NCBI RefSeq assembly: GCF_902713615.1
Contig: NC_052153.1
Location: 28,225,323-28,289,322, forward strand
DNA length: 64,000 nt
Direction: 5' to 3'
Origin: Scyliorhinus canicula
Taxonomy: Eukaryota
In this document: in pieces, positions 33,755-46,175 of the stretch
How the letters are laid out: each line of letters begins with the position of its first letter
Position numbering within the stretch: the stretch's first letter is position 1
Translations under genes and position numbers: made by a program
Notes under the pieces: model-generated
Told to the model about the DNA's origin: nothing
Database searches by the model: none
Seen by the model: the letters and a program-made list of their open reading frames with translations, nothing else

Positions 33755-34570
33755 CCTGGAACCTGTCTGGAATCTCACAGAGCTCGGTGCACAGGTGCAG
33801 CTGCACTGTCATAGAGGCCCTATATGCCCAGTCAGCACAATACAACCATTTCAATGTGGACTGAGCCCACAAGGATGTCCAGGTAGTGGGATTCACCACC
33901 ATCGCCGACATGCTCCGGGATCGGGGTTTAATTGAAGGGATGCATGTCGCCCTATGAACCCCTGCAGATGGCAGGCTGTTCCACACAAATTGAAAGGGGT
34001 TTCACTCGATGAATGTGCAGCTGGTGTGTGACTATCAGATGAGCATCATACACACCTGCGCCCAATATCCGGACAGTGTGCACAACACCTTCATCCTGGC
34101 ATGCTCGATGATTCCTGGCCTCGTCGAGGTGCATTAGTTCCTGGGTGACAAGGGTTATCCACTGCAGTCGAGGTGGATGGCACCTATCCAAAGGCATCAG
34201 ATGGACACAGAGAGCTGCTACAATTATGCCCATGCAGCCACCAGGAGCATGATCAAGCGGTGCTTCAGTCTCCTGAAGATGCTGTTTATGTACCTTGAGG
34301 GCACATACCTCTGGAGGGACTATCCAGTATGACACTGAGAGGGTCGCCCATATCATGGCAGCCTGCTGCTGCGTCCTCCACAACATCATGCAGCAGAGTG
34401 CAATGTACTGGAGGAGGAGGATAAATGGCAGGTCTCCTCCAAAAAGGAGGCTGCGGGGGGGAGGCAGAGGATGAGTAGGACCTGTGGCCCGGGCACGCAT
34501 AGGAGGCTGCATGATATGTGCACCAGGGCTAATGCACATGGGACTCCCTGATCGCCAGCAGGTTCACCAA
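33755..34570 (+). pseudogene. HARBI1-like (DDE_Tnp_4) Harbinger transposase, N-terminally deleted and decayed
   Basis: NLSGISQSSVHRC..EALYAQ; IEGMHVAL; KGFHSMNVQLVCD; YPDSVHNTFIL; LGDKGYPL; YNYAHAATRSMIKRCFSLLK; ACCCVLHNI. Confidence 0.9.
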
Positions 34571-35169
34571 CTGGGGTGGGGGGGAATGATCAGTGGAATG
34601 GGCACCGCATCCACCCCCACCCCTACCCCCCCACCCCGGCGCCCTCCGTGATACATACCTGCCGCACTGTGGGGGTGCGGGTCCTCGATTGGAAATAACA
34701 GCGGGTGTAGTCCATGGGATGGAGGATGATGACAACCCACTCTGCGGTGAGCTCCAAATTGTTTGACAACATTTGACTCCTGCACACTGTAGAACTTTCC
34801 ACCGTCCACCTGGGTGATCCCTGCATGCGAGCTGGACATTCCATTACACAGTCCCATCGAATCCCTGGGGTGACAGAGGGACACCAGATTGGTGAGCGAA
34901 GACTCAACTACGGTCCCTGAGCCAAGCACCCCCCCCAACGTCCACCAATTTCCCCCCTGCCCATGCTCAATCTGCGGTCAATCCAGACCTGCCTAACCCT
35001 CACATCAATCTGACAGAGCACCAAGGCAGTTTGTAACAATGTGAACAGGTATTTAATGTGACTATATATATATATATACAGATACCTGCCCCAGCCCCTA
35101 TCACTAAACTGTGCCCTGCATCCGTGCCAACTTAACTCCTGTCTAATTTTCTGGCCTTACGGGCCCTAA

Positions 35170-37292
35170 GGCAACATCTAGGTGGATCCCCAGATGGTAC
35201 ATCAGTAGTGGAGGTGGCATGTTTCGATTCCCACCTTGTGACCTGGGTCCCCGTTGGCAGCCATCTTCTGCGGTGACTGGGCCTGCAAGGGCCCGGCTAC
35301 TGCCTGGGTGTCCCAGGTGGCTTGGTGGTGCCCTGTACTGTCAGCTGCCCACCAGGGACAGGAAGGGGTGAGGGAGTCTAAGGTGCTGCAGTATTCCAGC
35401 ACCTCCCCTGCAGGAATCACTGGCACGGGCTCCATCACCAGCTCCTCTGTTGGGGAGCCAGTTGGCCCCCAGGTTACTCCATGGGATGGGTGTGCAAGCG
35501 AAGCTATCCCCTGAGGATCCTCCAGCACCTGGCATTGCCAGTCCTGGAGTCCCACTCTCATCCTGGCCAGGGTCTGCATGCTAGCAGCCTTGGAGCACAG
35601 GGAGTGGACCACCTCCATCTGGGACTGTGTCGCCTCACGCTGTGACTGGGCCACCTCCTTCTGAGTCTGTGCCACATTGGCCAGCGCCTGGGAAATGCCG
35701 CTGATGCTCTCAGCCATTGCCCGCTGTCACTGGGCCATGCTCTGGAGCGCCGCTGCAATGTCTAGGTGGCTCTGACACATGACTGCTTGTGAGTGGGTGG
35801 GCTGGTCCTGGGCTTCAGCCACTGCTTGCACAGAATATCGCAGGCGTTGGACATGCTGAACCATAGCGTAATCCTCGACCCCCCACCCCCCCCCCCCCCC
35901 CCCCCCCCCAAGGCCTCCACCGTGGACGCCATCCGTGCGGTGTATCCTGCTCATTTATGCGTTTGGATTCCTCCAGCTGTGCCTGCAGGTGCTGGATGCC
36001 CCTGACAACCCTGCACGTAGCCCCGGACTCTGCGACTGCATCTCCACAATCGATGGGACTGTCTGTTCCAAAGCCCAAAATCGAAGTGGATGGCTGCCAC
36101 TATCTGGGGTCGGCCATCCGCCGACCGTCCACCCCCTCAGGAGTTCCTACCTCCATCTGATGTACTAAAATATCTGTGTGTTGAGCACAAAAGAGTGTTC
36201 CAGGAACCTCTTCATTGTACTGCCCAACCGAGGGGAGTGTCTCTGGGATGGTGGAGGGCATTGGAGACAGCTGTAACGGGAAATCAATGTCAACATTGGA
36301 CTCGAGCTGCGGGGTGTCCTGGGTTTTGGGCATATGGGTCAACTCGATATCGGTATCAACATCGCTACTCGGCACACGGGGTTCAGGCTGTGGTGGGCTG
36401 TGGCTGGGGGGACACCAGATGGACCCGCCCCATCACCAGCAGGTTCTGCAAGACAGAAGAGAAGATGCATGATTAAACCACTGGCCAGGTGGGTTGTGAG
36501 GCTGAGGGTGGTGTGGGGATGAGGGTTGTGGGGGTGACAGTGATGTTGGGGTGAGGGTTGTAGGGGTGACAGTGATGTGGGTGAGAGGGTTGTGTGGGGG
36601 TGAAGTGAGGGTGCGGGTGGTGTGGGGTGAGGGTGGTTGACACATGTGGCATGGGGAACCGCAACTCAGCAGGGTCTCACTTCCTCGCCCGAGGCCAATC
36701 TCCACCTCGACGACTGCCCTTTCCTTGTGCCTACTGAATACATCCAGGGCCCGCTGCTCTGTCGTGGTGAGGGGCCACATGTGAGGCGGTCCCCCTCCAG
36801 TTTACTCCCGCTCCCTGCGGTTATGAGTGGCCTTCTCCTGGAGAGAGGGGAGGAAACAGAAAATGCAGTTAGACAGGCCGCTGCTTACCGACCCAGGGGG
36901 TGGGTAGCTGGTGGCTTCAGTTGTGAGGGCACCCAGCCATGGCGGCCGGAATTAGTGCCAGCATGTGTGCAAGGTGGGGGTTACATGCCCTCCTGATGGG
37001 GGGGGGGGGGGGTGGGTTTGGGACGGGGTTGGTGCCAGGAGCACAGTGCTGCCTACTTACCCTGGCCACCCTGAGGAGGTCATGCAGTTTTCCTGAATTG
37101 CTGGCCAGTCCGGGTGGTGTTGCGGATGGTGCTGACCGCCTCTGCCACCTGCGCCCAGGCACGACTGATGGCAGCGGTTGGCAGCCTCCTTCTCGAGCCG
37201 GGGTACAAGATGGCCCGTCTCTCCTCCCCGGCGTCCAGGAGAGTCTCCAGCTCAGAGTTTGCGAAACATGGGGCCGCTGATCTTGCTTCCAT
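35170..37292 (-). pseudogene. Three-exon Myb/SANT-like gene of the Harbinger element (exons 37292-37061, 36837-36681, 36445-~35170)
   Basis: FANSELETLLDAGEERRAILYPG..AWAQVAEAVS..RTGQQFRK. Canonical AGG|GTAAGT, CTCCAG|GAG, GAA|GTGAG and TTGCAG|AAC junctions. C-terminal coiled-coil-like AESISGISQALANVAQTQKEVAQSQ. Confidence 0.85.
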
Positions 37293-38129
37293 CTTGTTGG
37301 CTGCGATGCTGTGTTTGGGGAGTGAAGTGCACATATGCGGCTGCTGCTTGTCAGCCTCCTGAGTGTCGATCGCGAATCCGGCTTCTCATTGAAATTGATG
37401 GTGTTCCACGTGCCGCTGGTTCTAGCCCCTTAATAGTCGCCGAATTGCTCCAGGTGCGGCACCAGTTTTGCTGCCGTGGAAACCTACGAATCTTGCCCCG
37501 GCGTTAACACCCATCTTTATTAGGCTCACTGAGCTGGCTAGCTGACATCCACTCTCGTCAAATCTCACCCTGAAAGAAAAGTCGACCGTTGCTTCCTATC
37601 ATTTACGTTCATGCATTTTAAACTGTGTTGTAAAACTCAAGACGTAGGAAATGAAGCAGTGTGTCAGATATTAGAAACCAATTTTGTTTTGTATTGAATA
37701 ACGAAACCATGTGCATCTTATTATGCTGTTGGTTATATTTGTAATGTGGCAGGAAGTTAACTTATTGCAAATCTGCCTGTCAATAGAAACACTTTTGTTC
37801 CATTTCACATGGATTTGTTAGAAATGACTGCTTGTTATAATGTGCAGCACAGCATAATTCCTTCTGGCAGCCTTCAATGTTCATTGATTTTAGTGCTGCA
37901 CAGCTATTAAGTATTAGCAATCTCCTCAAATTGAAATATAATTGATCAGGATCCATTGCCTTTCTACTGTCTCCTGGAATAAGCAGCCTATCTGAATCAG
38001 AAAATGATGATACCATTAATTCCATTCCTGCATTTAAAGGAAATTAAAGATCAATTTTTTTCTCCCTGATCTGATGGAAAACAAGGTGCTGAAATCTCAG
38101 AAAACTTTACAATGGAAAATGAAGTTCTT

Positions 38130-38972
38130 GGGTGGGTTAAGTTTTGACGCCGGAGCAGGATTCATGGACTTCCACAACAGCAAAACTGGCGCTGAACCTG
38201 AACTGATTCAGCGACTGTGGAGAAGCTAGAACTGGCGCCACGTGGAATACAATCGATTCCAATAAATAATGATGCGGAATTTGCTGGGATTGACACTCAG
38301 GAGGCAGACAAGCTTCCGCTGCGCATACACATTATGCTCCCCACACACAAACATCCCAGTCAACAAGATGGCACTGGTTGCGCTCCGGCACGCCTGCCCC
38401 ATTGATGGGTCAGCGGGGACCAGAGGGTACTTGGGTGAAGCCCTGAGGGGCACCCATATGACCTGTGCCCCTAATTGTATAGTGGGCAGTCAGCGACATG
38501 CGCAGCTGCATTGCTGCCTTGCAGGCCATGGCAATGGTGCTCCTTGCCCGTTCACCCCGATCTCACAGCCCATCTCCTGGCCACCCCCAGCTCTGGCAGA
38601 AGCCCCCCACCCCCCCGGCCAGTGACACAACTATCAACATGCTATGGCGATGTTGGGCACTTTCCCTATCCCCTTGCTCTCCCTCATCAGTCACGATTTT
38701 TAAAAGCACAAGTGAATCTTGCTGTCAGGATTCAGTCCATTGGAGGCGGAGAATCACGAAGACCCGGAGAATACTGGTTCGGGCCTGCTAATGATATGCA
38801 AACAGTGTTTACTGTATGTGCATTCTGGGGTGCATTGACGCCACTGTCGAGACAACAGAAAATTGCAATTTGGCGTGAAATCGGCGCCCCCCCCGCAATT
38901 TCAGCGTCAGAACCGATTCTCCACCCAATCGTATTTCGCGATTCCGGCATCGGCCGTCGGAGAATCCCACCC
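38130..38972 (-). mobile_element. Harbinger-derived MITE/deletion derivative
   Basis: The right ~280 bp is the reverse complement of the left end of the 33263 element (GGATTCTCCG.CGGC.GATGCC..). Confidence 0.8.
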
Positions 38973-39504
38973 CTCAGTTTTCTCTAAGCTGAACTATTGT
39001 GTGCACATGGAGATTCAGTTTACAGACCGCGTAGGAAGGAACATTTTCTATCACAGTAACATTGAAAAATTCCTGCTTTTAGCAATCAATATGCAATTAA
39101 AATTAAACTGCTCTTTTTCCATCTTTCGGCTACTCGCTCCACAAATTTCAAATATATCAATTCACCCTATTCCGTCTTACCTCCTTCCTCATCCTAATTC
39201 TGTCGATCCTTTTCTTTTTCTTAAACTTTACTTCCTATCACTGTGCCTTCCCCATGCCAAGTTTCCTGCTCCGTGCCTCGTACACGCATGAAGAGGAATA
39301 GGCCGTTCAGCATCTTGTGACTGTTCTGACATTCAATTAATTGTCCGATCCGGACCTCAATTATATATTTTTAAATATATTTATTGAATTATCAAATATG
39401 GACAGTGACAACAATATTAACAAAGAGGTATACATATTATATAGGGACAGAATCAAAGAAGTTAATAACAAATACATTAGTGTGTCCTGGATAATATCCA
39501 TTCT

Positions 39505-39681
39505 TCAATCCCCATAACCCAGTAACCCCACTGAACCTTTTGGGCATGCAGTGGCAATGTACCATGGCCAATCCACCTAACCTGCAGATCTTTGGACTGC
39601 AGGGTGGTCTTTCTAAGGGTCGGTGCAGACTCGATGGGCTGAATGGCCTCCTTCTACACTGTAAATTCTATGATTCTATGA
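39505..39681. mobile_element. HE1-type SINE with an inverted 5' part
   Basis: 39505-39600 is minus-strand SINE body; 39601-39681 is plus-strand SINE 3' end with an ATTCTATG tail. Confidence 0.75.
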
Positions 39682-41056
39682 TAATATGAGGAAACCATGA
39701 TCAGCTAAGATGCAGCAAAATATTTCCCACATCCATATAATTATTTAATTGATCTTGTGTATATTAAGTTATGATTTGTTTCCTTTCAAACGTCTTATTA
39801 TTAGTAATTGCCAATCTCAGTCACAGCTACTAAATTAGGAACGTGAACACACAATCTAGCTTTTAAGAAATGATAAGTTTTCATTGCTTCTCCCAATAGT
39901 TTAGAAGATAAATACAATCCATGGTGCAGCTTTGAAAATTTGGAAAGCCCAGCTTCAGTCGCTGGTCTGCACTGAACAGTTGCTTTCAACTTGAATGGCA
40001 GTAGGACTACAATTAATCCTAGCTCTCTGTCTTGGGAAGGGGCAGATGAATCAGCTTGTGGTTCCTGATCTTCATTGCTATCCAGTGCTTGTGCATTGAT
40101 TCTAGGTAAGGAGAGGACAGGCTTTGAGGGTTGATCACCATAGCTGAATATCCGACTGATAATATATATTTAGACAAGCATTTGTGAGATGCATGTGTGT
40201 AAAGATCTGCATGAAAGAAGGATTTTAAGTGCCTACTGAGCTGTGCAATGGAGACTGTGCTACCTGTGGGAATTAATAGTAAACCATTCAAATACTACGC
40301 AGTCTAACACATAGGCGTAGTTCCAAGGCATTCTTAGAAGGTGCAAAAGATTCTTCTTACTCTGTCTGGACTCCTCCTGCACTCAAAGCTTAGTGCATGG
40401 GTCACTGAGTTGGTCCAGAATACCCTGACCTTTCCTGGTTCTATACAGACTTCTTTGAACCTCCAGTTGCCTATTCTGAACATGATTCGCCTCAGGTTCT
40501 TAACTTCCCACTGGAGCATTCCACAAAGCAGCCTCTCTCCACCATGCAGCAGAACTTTCAGATATTTTTGTAAGCAGACAATTCTCCTGTGCAGCAAGTA
40601 CTATTGTGAGGATACCTGGCTCTTTATGCCACTGCCAGAGTTTATCTTCTTCTATAGCTGTGTTAAACTGATTAAACGTACCTAAACTTCCTATTGGTTG
40701 GTTGCAAAGATCATTTTCATCATAAGATATGTAGGAGCAGAATTAGGCCATTTGGCCCATCGAGTCTGCTCCGCCATTCGATTATGGCTGATCTCATCCT
40801 GGCCTTAACTCCACCGCCCTGCCCGTCCTCCATAACCTTTCAACAGATTACCCATGTACTCACTGTCCCAGCATCCACTGTACTCTGGGGTAGCGGATTC
40901 CACAGATTCACAACAGTATGGGAAAAATAGTTTCTCCTCAACTTTCTCTTCTCCTCAAGATGTGCAGGTTAGGTGGATTGACCATGCCAAATTGCCCCTT
41001 AGTGTCCAAAAGGTTAAGTGGGGCTACTGGATTACAGGGATCGGGTGGAAGCCTGG

Positions 41057-41368
41057 TAGCATGGTGGTTAGCATAAATGCTTCACAGCTCCAGGGTCCCA
41101 GGTTCGATTCCCGGCTGGGTCACTGTCTGTGCGGAGTCTGCACATCCTCCCCGTGTGTGCGTGGGTTTCCTCTGGGTGCTCCGGTTTCCTCCCACAGTTC
41201 AAAGATGTGCGGGTTAGGTGGATTGGCCATGCTAAATTGCCCGTAGTGTCCTAATAGTAAGGTTGGGGGGGGGGGGAGTTGTTGGGTTACGGGTATGGGG
41301 TGAATATGTGGGTTTGAGTAGGGTGTTCATTGCTCGGCCAACATTGAGGGCCGAAGGGCCTGTATGTT
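41057..41368 (+). mobile_element. HE1-type SINE with a CR1-like tail
   Basis: B box GGTTCGATTCC; tail AACATTGAGGGCCGAAGGGCCTGTA matches the CR1 end at ~3885-3908. Confidence 0.9.
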
Positions 41369-41431
41369 CAACTCTGTTTTAAATTTGTTACCTATTATTC
41401 TAAGGCCCGTTCTAGAATTCCCCACAAGAGG

Positions 41432-41778
41432 GGTGGCACGGTGGCACAGTGGTTAGCACTGATGCCACACAACTCCAGGGTTCCAGGTTCAATTCTAGCC
41501 CCAGGTGACTGTCTGTGTGCAGTTTGCACATTCTCCCTCTGTCTGCATGGGTTGCCTCCAGGTGCTCCGGTTTCCTCCCACAATCCAAAGATGTGCAGGT
41601 TAGGTGGATTGGCCATGCCAAATTGCCCCTTAGTGTCCAAAAGGTTAAGTGGGGCTACTGGATTACAGGGATCGGGTGGAAGCCTGGGTCTAAGTAGGGT
41701 GCTCTTTCCAAGGTCTGGTGCAGACTAGATGGGCAGAATGGTCTCGTTCTGCGCTGCAAAGTCTATGGCATCTATGAT
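41432..41778 (+). mobile_element. HE1-type SINE, full length
   Basis: GGTGGCACGGTGGCACAGTGGTTAGCAC head; CTATG-type tail. Confidence 0.9.
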
Positions 41779-41988
41779 ATCTGCTCCAGGCACACTTTAT
41801 CCATATCTTTTATCATCTTGTATACCAGAATTTCATCTCCCCTCATTCTTCTAAACTCTAGAGAGTTTATATATTGCCCTCATTTTTGCCTCTTCTATCT
41901 CCCTGTCTGACGTCATGAACTATGATCTTGCTGTCATTGATGGATTAAGTTTGTGTAGGTGATGGGTTATGTAGTAATGGGTACTTTT

Positions 41989-42754
41989 GGGCAGGATTCT
42001 CCAACCCGCCGCCGGTTGGCATGGCACCAAGCTCTGGCGCAGTGCAAGCCACTCCGGGGCCAGCCTAGCCCCTGAAGGTGCGGAGGATTCCGCACCTTTG
42101 GGGCGGCCAGACAGGGTTGGAGAAACGGCGGGGGAGCGCCGTGAATCCCGCCCTCAACGGGTGCCGAATTCTCCGGCGCCGGGGATTTGGCAGCGGCAGG
42201 AATCATGCCACGCCCCCCCCCCCCCCCCCCCCCCGGCGATTCTGCGGCCCGTGATGGACCGAGTGGCTGCCCGTTTTCGGCCAGTCCCGCCGGAGTATAT
42301 TACACCAGGCATTTGCTGGCGGGACCTGTCTGCGCGAGCGGCCTCCAGGGTCCTCGAGGGGATCGGGCCCTGGGGGGTGCCCCCACCGCGATCGGGGCCC
42401 ACCGATCCACGGACGGGCCTGTGCCGTGGGGGCAATCTACTGTTCTGCGTCGGCCGCTGTGGTCCTCCGCGATGGCCGACATGGAGATGGGCCCCTCCTG
42501 CGCATGCGCTGGGTTGACGCCAGCACACACTGGCGCACCCGCGCATTCGCCAACTCACGCCGGCTGCGGAGGCCCTTCGGCGCCGGTTGGCATGGCACCA
42601 AGCTCTGGCGCAGTGCAAGCCACTCCGGGGCCAGCCTAGCCCCTGAAGGTGCGGAGGATTCCGCACCTTTGGGGCGGCCAGACACCGGAAGTGGTTCACG
42701 ACACTCCTCGGCGCCGGGACCCTCTGCCCCACCGGGTCGGGGAGAATCCCACCC
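41989..42754 (+). mobile_element. Harbinger-related MITE with an internal 104-bp duplication
   Basis: TIRs GGGCAGGATTCTCC / GGAGAATCCCACCC. Confidence 0.88.
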
Positions 42755-43899
42755 ATAGTGTCTGGGTTTTTACGTATAAAGCTAAAACATATGTGAAGGT
42801 TTAACATATGCTTTTTGTGAATATTACAATATTGTTGAACATATTACGGCAATGATCCATATATCATTGTATGATTACACTTCACTTTCAAATTCCTACT
42901 TGAGTAATAAAATAACTATTTAAATGTTGGTCTAGCGAAAATTTCCAATAATCTCTCATCTAACAATTGGCTGAAGTTCAAATCTCAGATCTGAGATGTC
43001 ACTGTACTGGAATTGATACACACGACAGGTGCTGGAGTGGATATGAGAATAGTACAAAAAAATAATGAGAGTTATTTAGATTTTGGGTGACATTGTAAAT
43101 TGGGAGATATTGTGCTGCCCATTATGCATCACTGCAATTTATACTGAAGTCAGAAGTAGAATTATGACAACAGCAACTTCATTTCAGGCACCTTTGACAA
43201 AGTAAATTGTCTAAATGCACTTCACTGGAATGTAATCAAACAGAAATTAATAACGAGATTAACGGACAGGACAAGTAAATGAATGCCCAGCCTAACAGAG
43301 AACTTAAACACAGTCTTGAAGGATGAGCAAGAGGTGGAGAAATTTGGATGTTTGAGGAGACGGTGGAGACACAGCTGCTAACAATAAGCTACAGGAAACC
43401 CGGGATGGGGCATAGCTGCACAAGAGTTCAGAGTTGGAAGAATATATAGTTTTGGAGGCAAGGAAGAGGGCATGGATGGATTTGAACATGTGGTCAGGAA
43501 TTTGAAAATCAATGTTTGGTCATTTGGCAAACTGTAGGGGGCGATTGTTGACGGGAATTTAAAATAAGGGCCTTGCATGCTCAGGTTTATGGAGAGAGGA
43601 AGATGGAAGATCAACCAGATGAGAATTGGAATAGCCAATTCTAAATGTACCAAAAGCATGAATGGTGGTTTCACTGTGCGGATGGGCAAAGACAGATGTC
43701 ATTAGAGTTAGAAGGTTGAAGTCTTTGCGATGGAAAGTATCTGGAATCAGAAACTCAGCTAAGTATTACACGGCAATATATAACCTCTTGTACCTTTCAC
43801 TCTACGATTGCCATTAAGCTAGGTGACCAATCCAGGCTCAGTGAGGAGTGTAGAAGAGTACGCCAGGACCAGAACCAGGGCAGAACTCATAAAAATGAC

Positions 43900-46175
43900 T
43901 TTACAAATTGGCGAATCTATGAAAATGACTAGTTGCAAGTTCAATAAAAGAAATAGCACGCTATAGACAGAGCGAAGTGATACCACGATGAACGGGTCAA
44001 ATAGGGATTTTGCAGTCTGCCACATCCAATCATGAATGGTGGAAGACAATTAGAGAACCAATTTGGGGAGAAGGCTCCATAAACATCTCAATCCTCAATG
44101 GCAGAGTTCAGCATGTACATTGTCACGTTCAGCAAGAAGAGTTGAATGGATGATCCATCTAATGCTTCTCCTGATGCCTCCACCATCACAGATAGCAGTC
44201 TTCAGCCAATTTGATTCACTCCACATGATATAAATAAATGGATGAAGGTTCTGGACACAGCAAATAACTGATAACTCCCCAGCTGTAGTATAGAAGACTT
44301 GTTCTCCCGAACTAGACTTAATCCTGGCATCAGCCTGATGTTGGTTAGGTGAATTCTGTCCATATAAAACAGGGCAAATCCAATCCAGCCCATTATCACT
44401 CCAGCAGCCAATTCTCAATCATCAACCAAGTGGCATTGACAACGAAAACTTACTCACCAATAACTCACTAACCAATGCTCAGTTCAGGTTCCTTGAGAAC
44501 CACTAAGTTCCAAATCTCATTGCAGCCTTGGGACAAATATAGACAAAAGAATTGAGTTCCAGAGTTGAAGTGACAGAGGCTTTCCTTAATATCATGGCAG
44601 AACATCCCCAAATATAACACCATAGAACTTTCATAAGATTGAAATCAACAGGCATCAGATGAAAAAATTCTTAGTGTAATAATAATAATGTTTATCAGTG
44701 TCACAAGTAATCTTACATTAGCACTACGATGAAGTTACTGTGAAACTCCCTTAGTTGCCACAGTCTGATGCCTGTTCGGTACACTCAGGGAGAATTCAGA
44801 ATGTCTAATTCACCTAACAAGCACGTCTTTTGTGATTTGTGGGAGGTAATCGGAGCACCCAGAGGAAACCCATGCAGACACGGGGAGAACGTGCAGACTG
44901 CGCACAAACAGTGATCCAAGCCGGGAATCGAACCAGTATCCCTGGCGCTATGAAGCAACAGTGCTAACCACTATGCTACCATGCTGTCCCTGTCATTCCT
45001 AACACAAAGAATACAGTGGCACAGTAGTTAACACTGCTGTCTCACAGCACCAGGGACCTCGGTTCAATTCCGGCCTTGGGGTGACTGTGGAGTTTGTATA
45101 TTTTCCCCGTGTCTGTGTGGGTTTCCTTTGGATGCTCCGGTTTCCTCCCACAGTCCAAAGATGTGCATGTTAGGTGGATTGGCCATGTTAAAATTGCCCT
45201 TTAATGCCCAAAAATGTGCAGGCTATGTGGAGTTACAGGCATATTGGCTTAGGCAGGGCCCTCTTTTAGAATCAATGGGCTGAATGGTCGCACTGTAGGG
45301 ATTTTATTAAATAATGGTTGGTTGTTGTAGATAAATTATCTCAGCATAAAGTCATTGTTGCATGAGTTCCCAGGGTTGTACCCCAGGCACAAAAATTTTC
45401 AACTGTTTCAACAATGACCTCCCTCCATCATCTGCTCAGAATTGGGGATGTTCATTGATAATTTCAGAGTGTCTTGTTCAATTCACAAATTTGAAGATAA
45501 TTCAGATGAATGCACATGCACGCAGCAAAAACTAAACAACACCTGGTTTTCGCTGATAAATGGCAAGGTAAATGAATGGTTGCAGATTGGACATGTTACT
45601 CCACTTGCCTGGGGAAGTGCAGCTTCAAGAACAGTCAACATACTTGTACCACAGGAGAAAGTAGTCCATTCCATTGGCACCCCCTTCCATCACCCAAACA
45701 CTTATCCGTTACACTACTTGCGTACCTTGGTACATTGTGTGCCATCTACAGGATGCAACATGGCACCTCGCCAAGTCTTCATCTACTGCCCCTTCCAAAC
45801 CAATGGTTTCTAACACCTGAAATTACAAGATAGCAGAGGCATGAGAACGCCACCATCTGCAAGCTTCCTTCGAAGAAACACACCATCTTGACTTGGAAAT
45901 GTATCATAGTTCTTTCAATGTCACTGGGTCAGTCTGAAAACTCCCTTCCTAACAACGTTAAAGGAGTGCCTTCACCATATGGGCTGTAACGATTCAAAAA
46001 CTCAGCTCACCACCAGTTTCTCAATGTCAACTTGTGAAGGATAATTCATTCTGGCCTGACTAGCCATGCCCACATCCCAAATTTCAGTGGTTCAAGAAGG
46101 TGGCTCACGATGCCACATGGACAACTAGGGGTGGGTCATTTGACAACAATGTCCACATCCCATGAATGAATAAAA
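43900..46175 (+). mobile_element. Old, highly decayed CR1/L2-type LINE 3' portion containing SINEs at ~44680-44990 (-) and ~45015-45300 (+)
   Basis: RT-like remnants (e.g. GTTCCCAGGG.., GGGATGTTCATTGATAAT) and 3' end CCACATCCCATGAATGAATAAA; the SINEs match the families above. Confidence 0.6.

Larger units (their letters stand above)
33263..37512. mobile_element. Near-complete autonomous-type Harbinger transposon (decayed): DDE transposase (+) and Myb gene (-), convergent
   Basis: Left terminus GAGCGGGATTCTCC. The right end stops at CGGCGTTAACAC, lacking the last ~25-30 bp present at 3093-3121. Both Harbinger ORFs are present. Confidence 0.9.
40720..41870 (-). mobile_element. CR1 3' fragment hosting two SINEs
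   Basis: CATAAGATATGTAGGAGCAGAATTAGGCCAT terminus; CR1 sequence resumes at 41370-41430 and 41780-41870. Confidence 0.75.

Noticed and set aside
33755-34570. Host HARBI1 gene
   Set aside because: It has multiple stops and frameshifts, lacks the N-terminus, and sits within TIR-bounded transposon context with a convergent Myb gene.
40334-40685. 114-aa and 87-aa ORFs as host exons
   Set aside because: No recognisable domain or convincing splice context.
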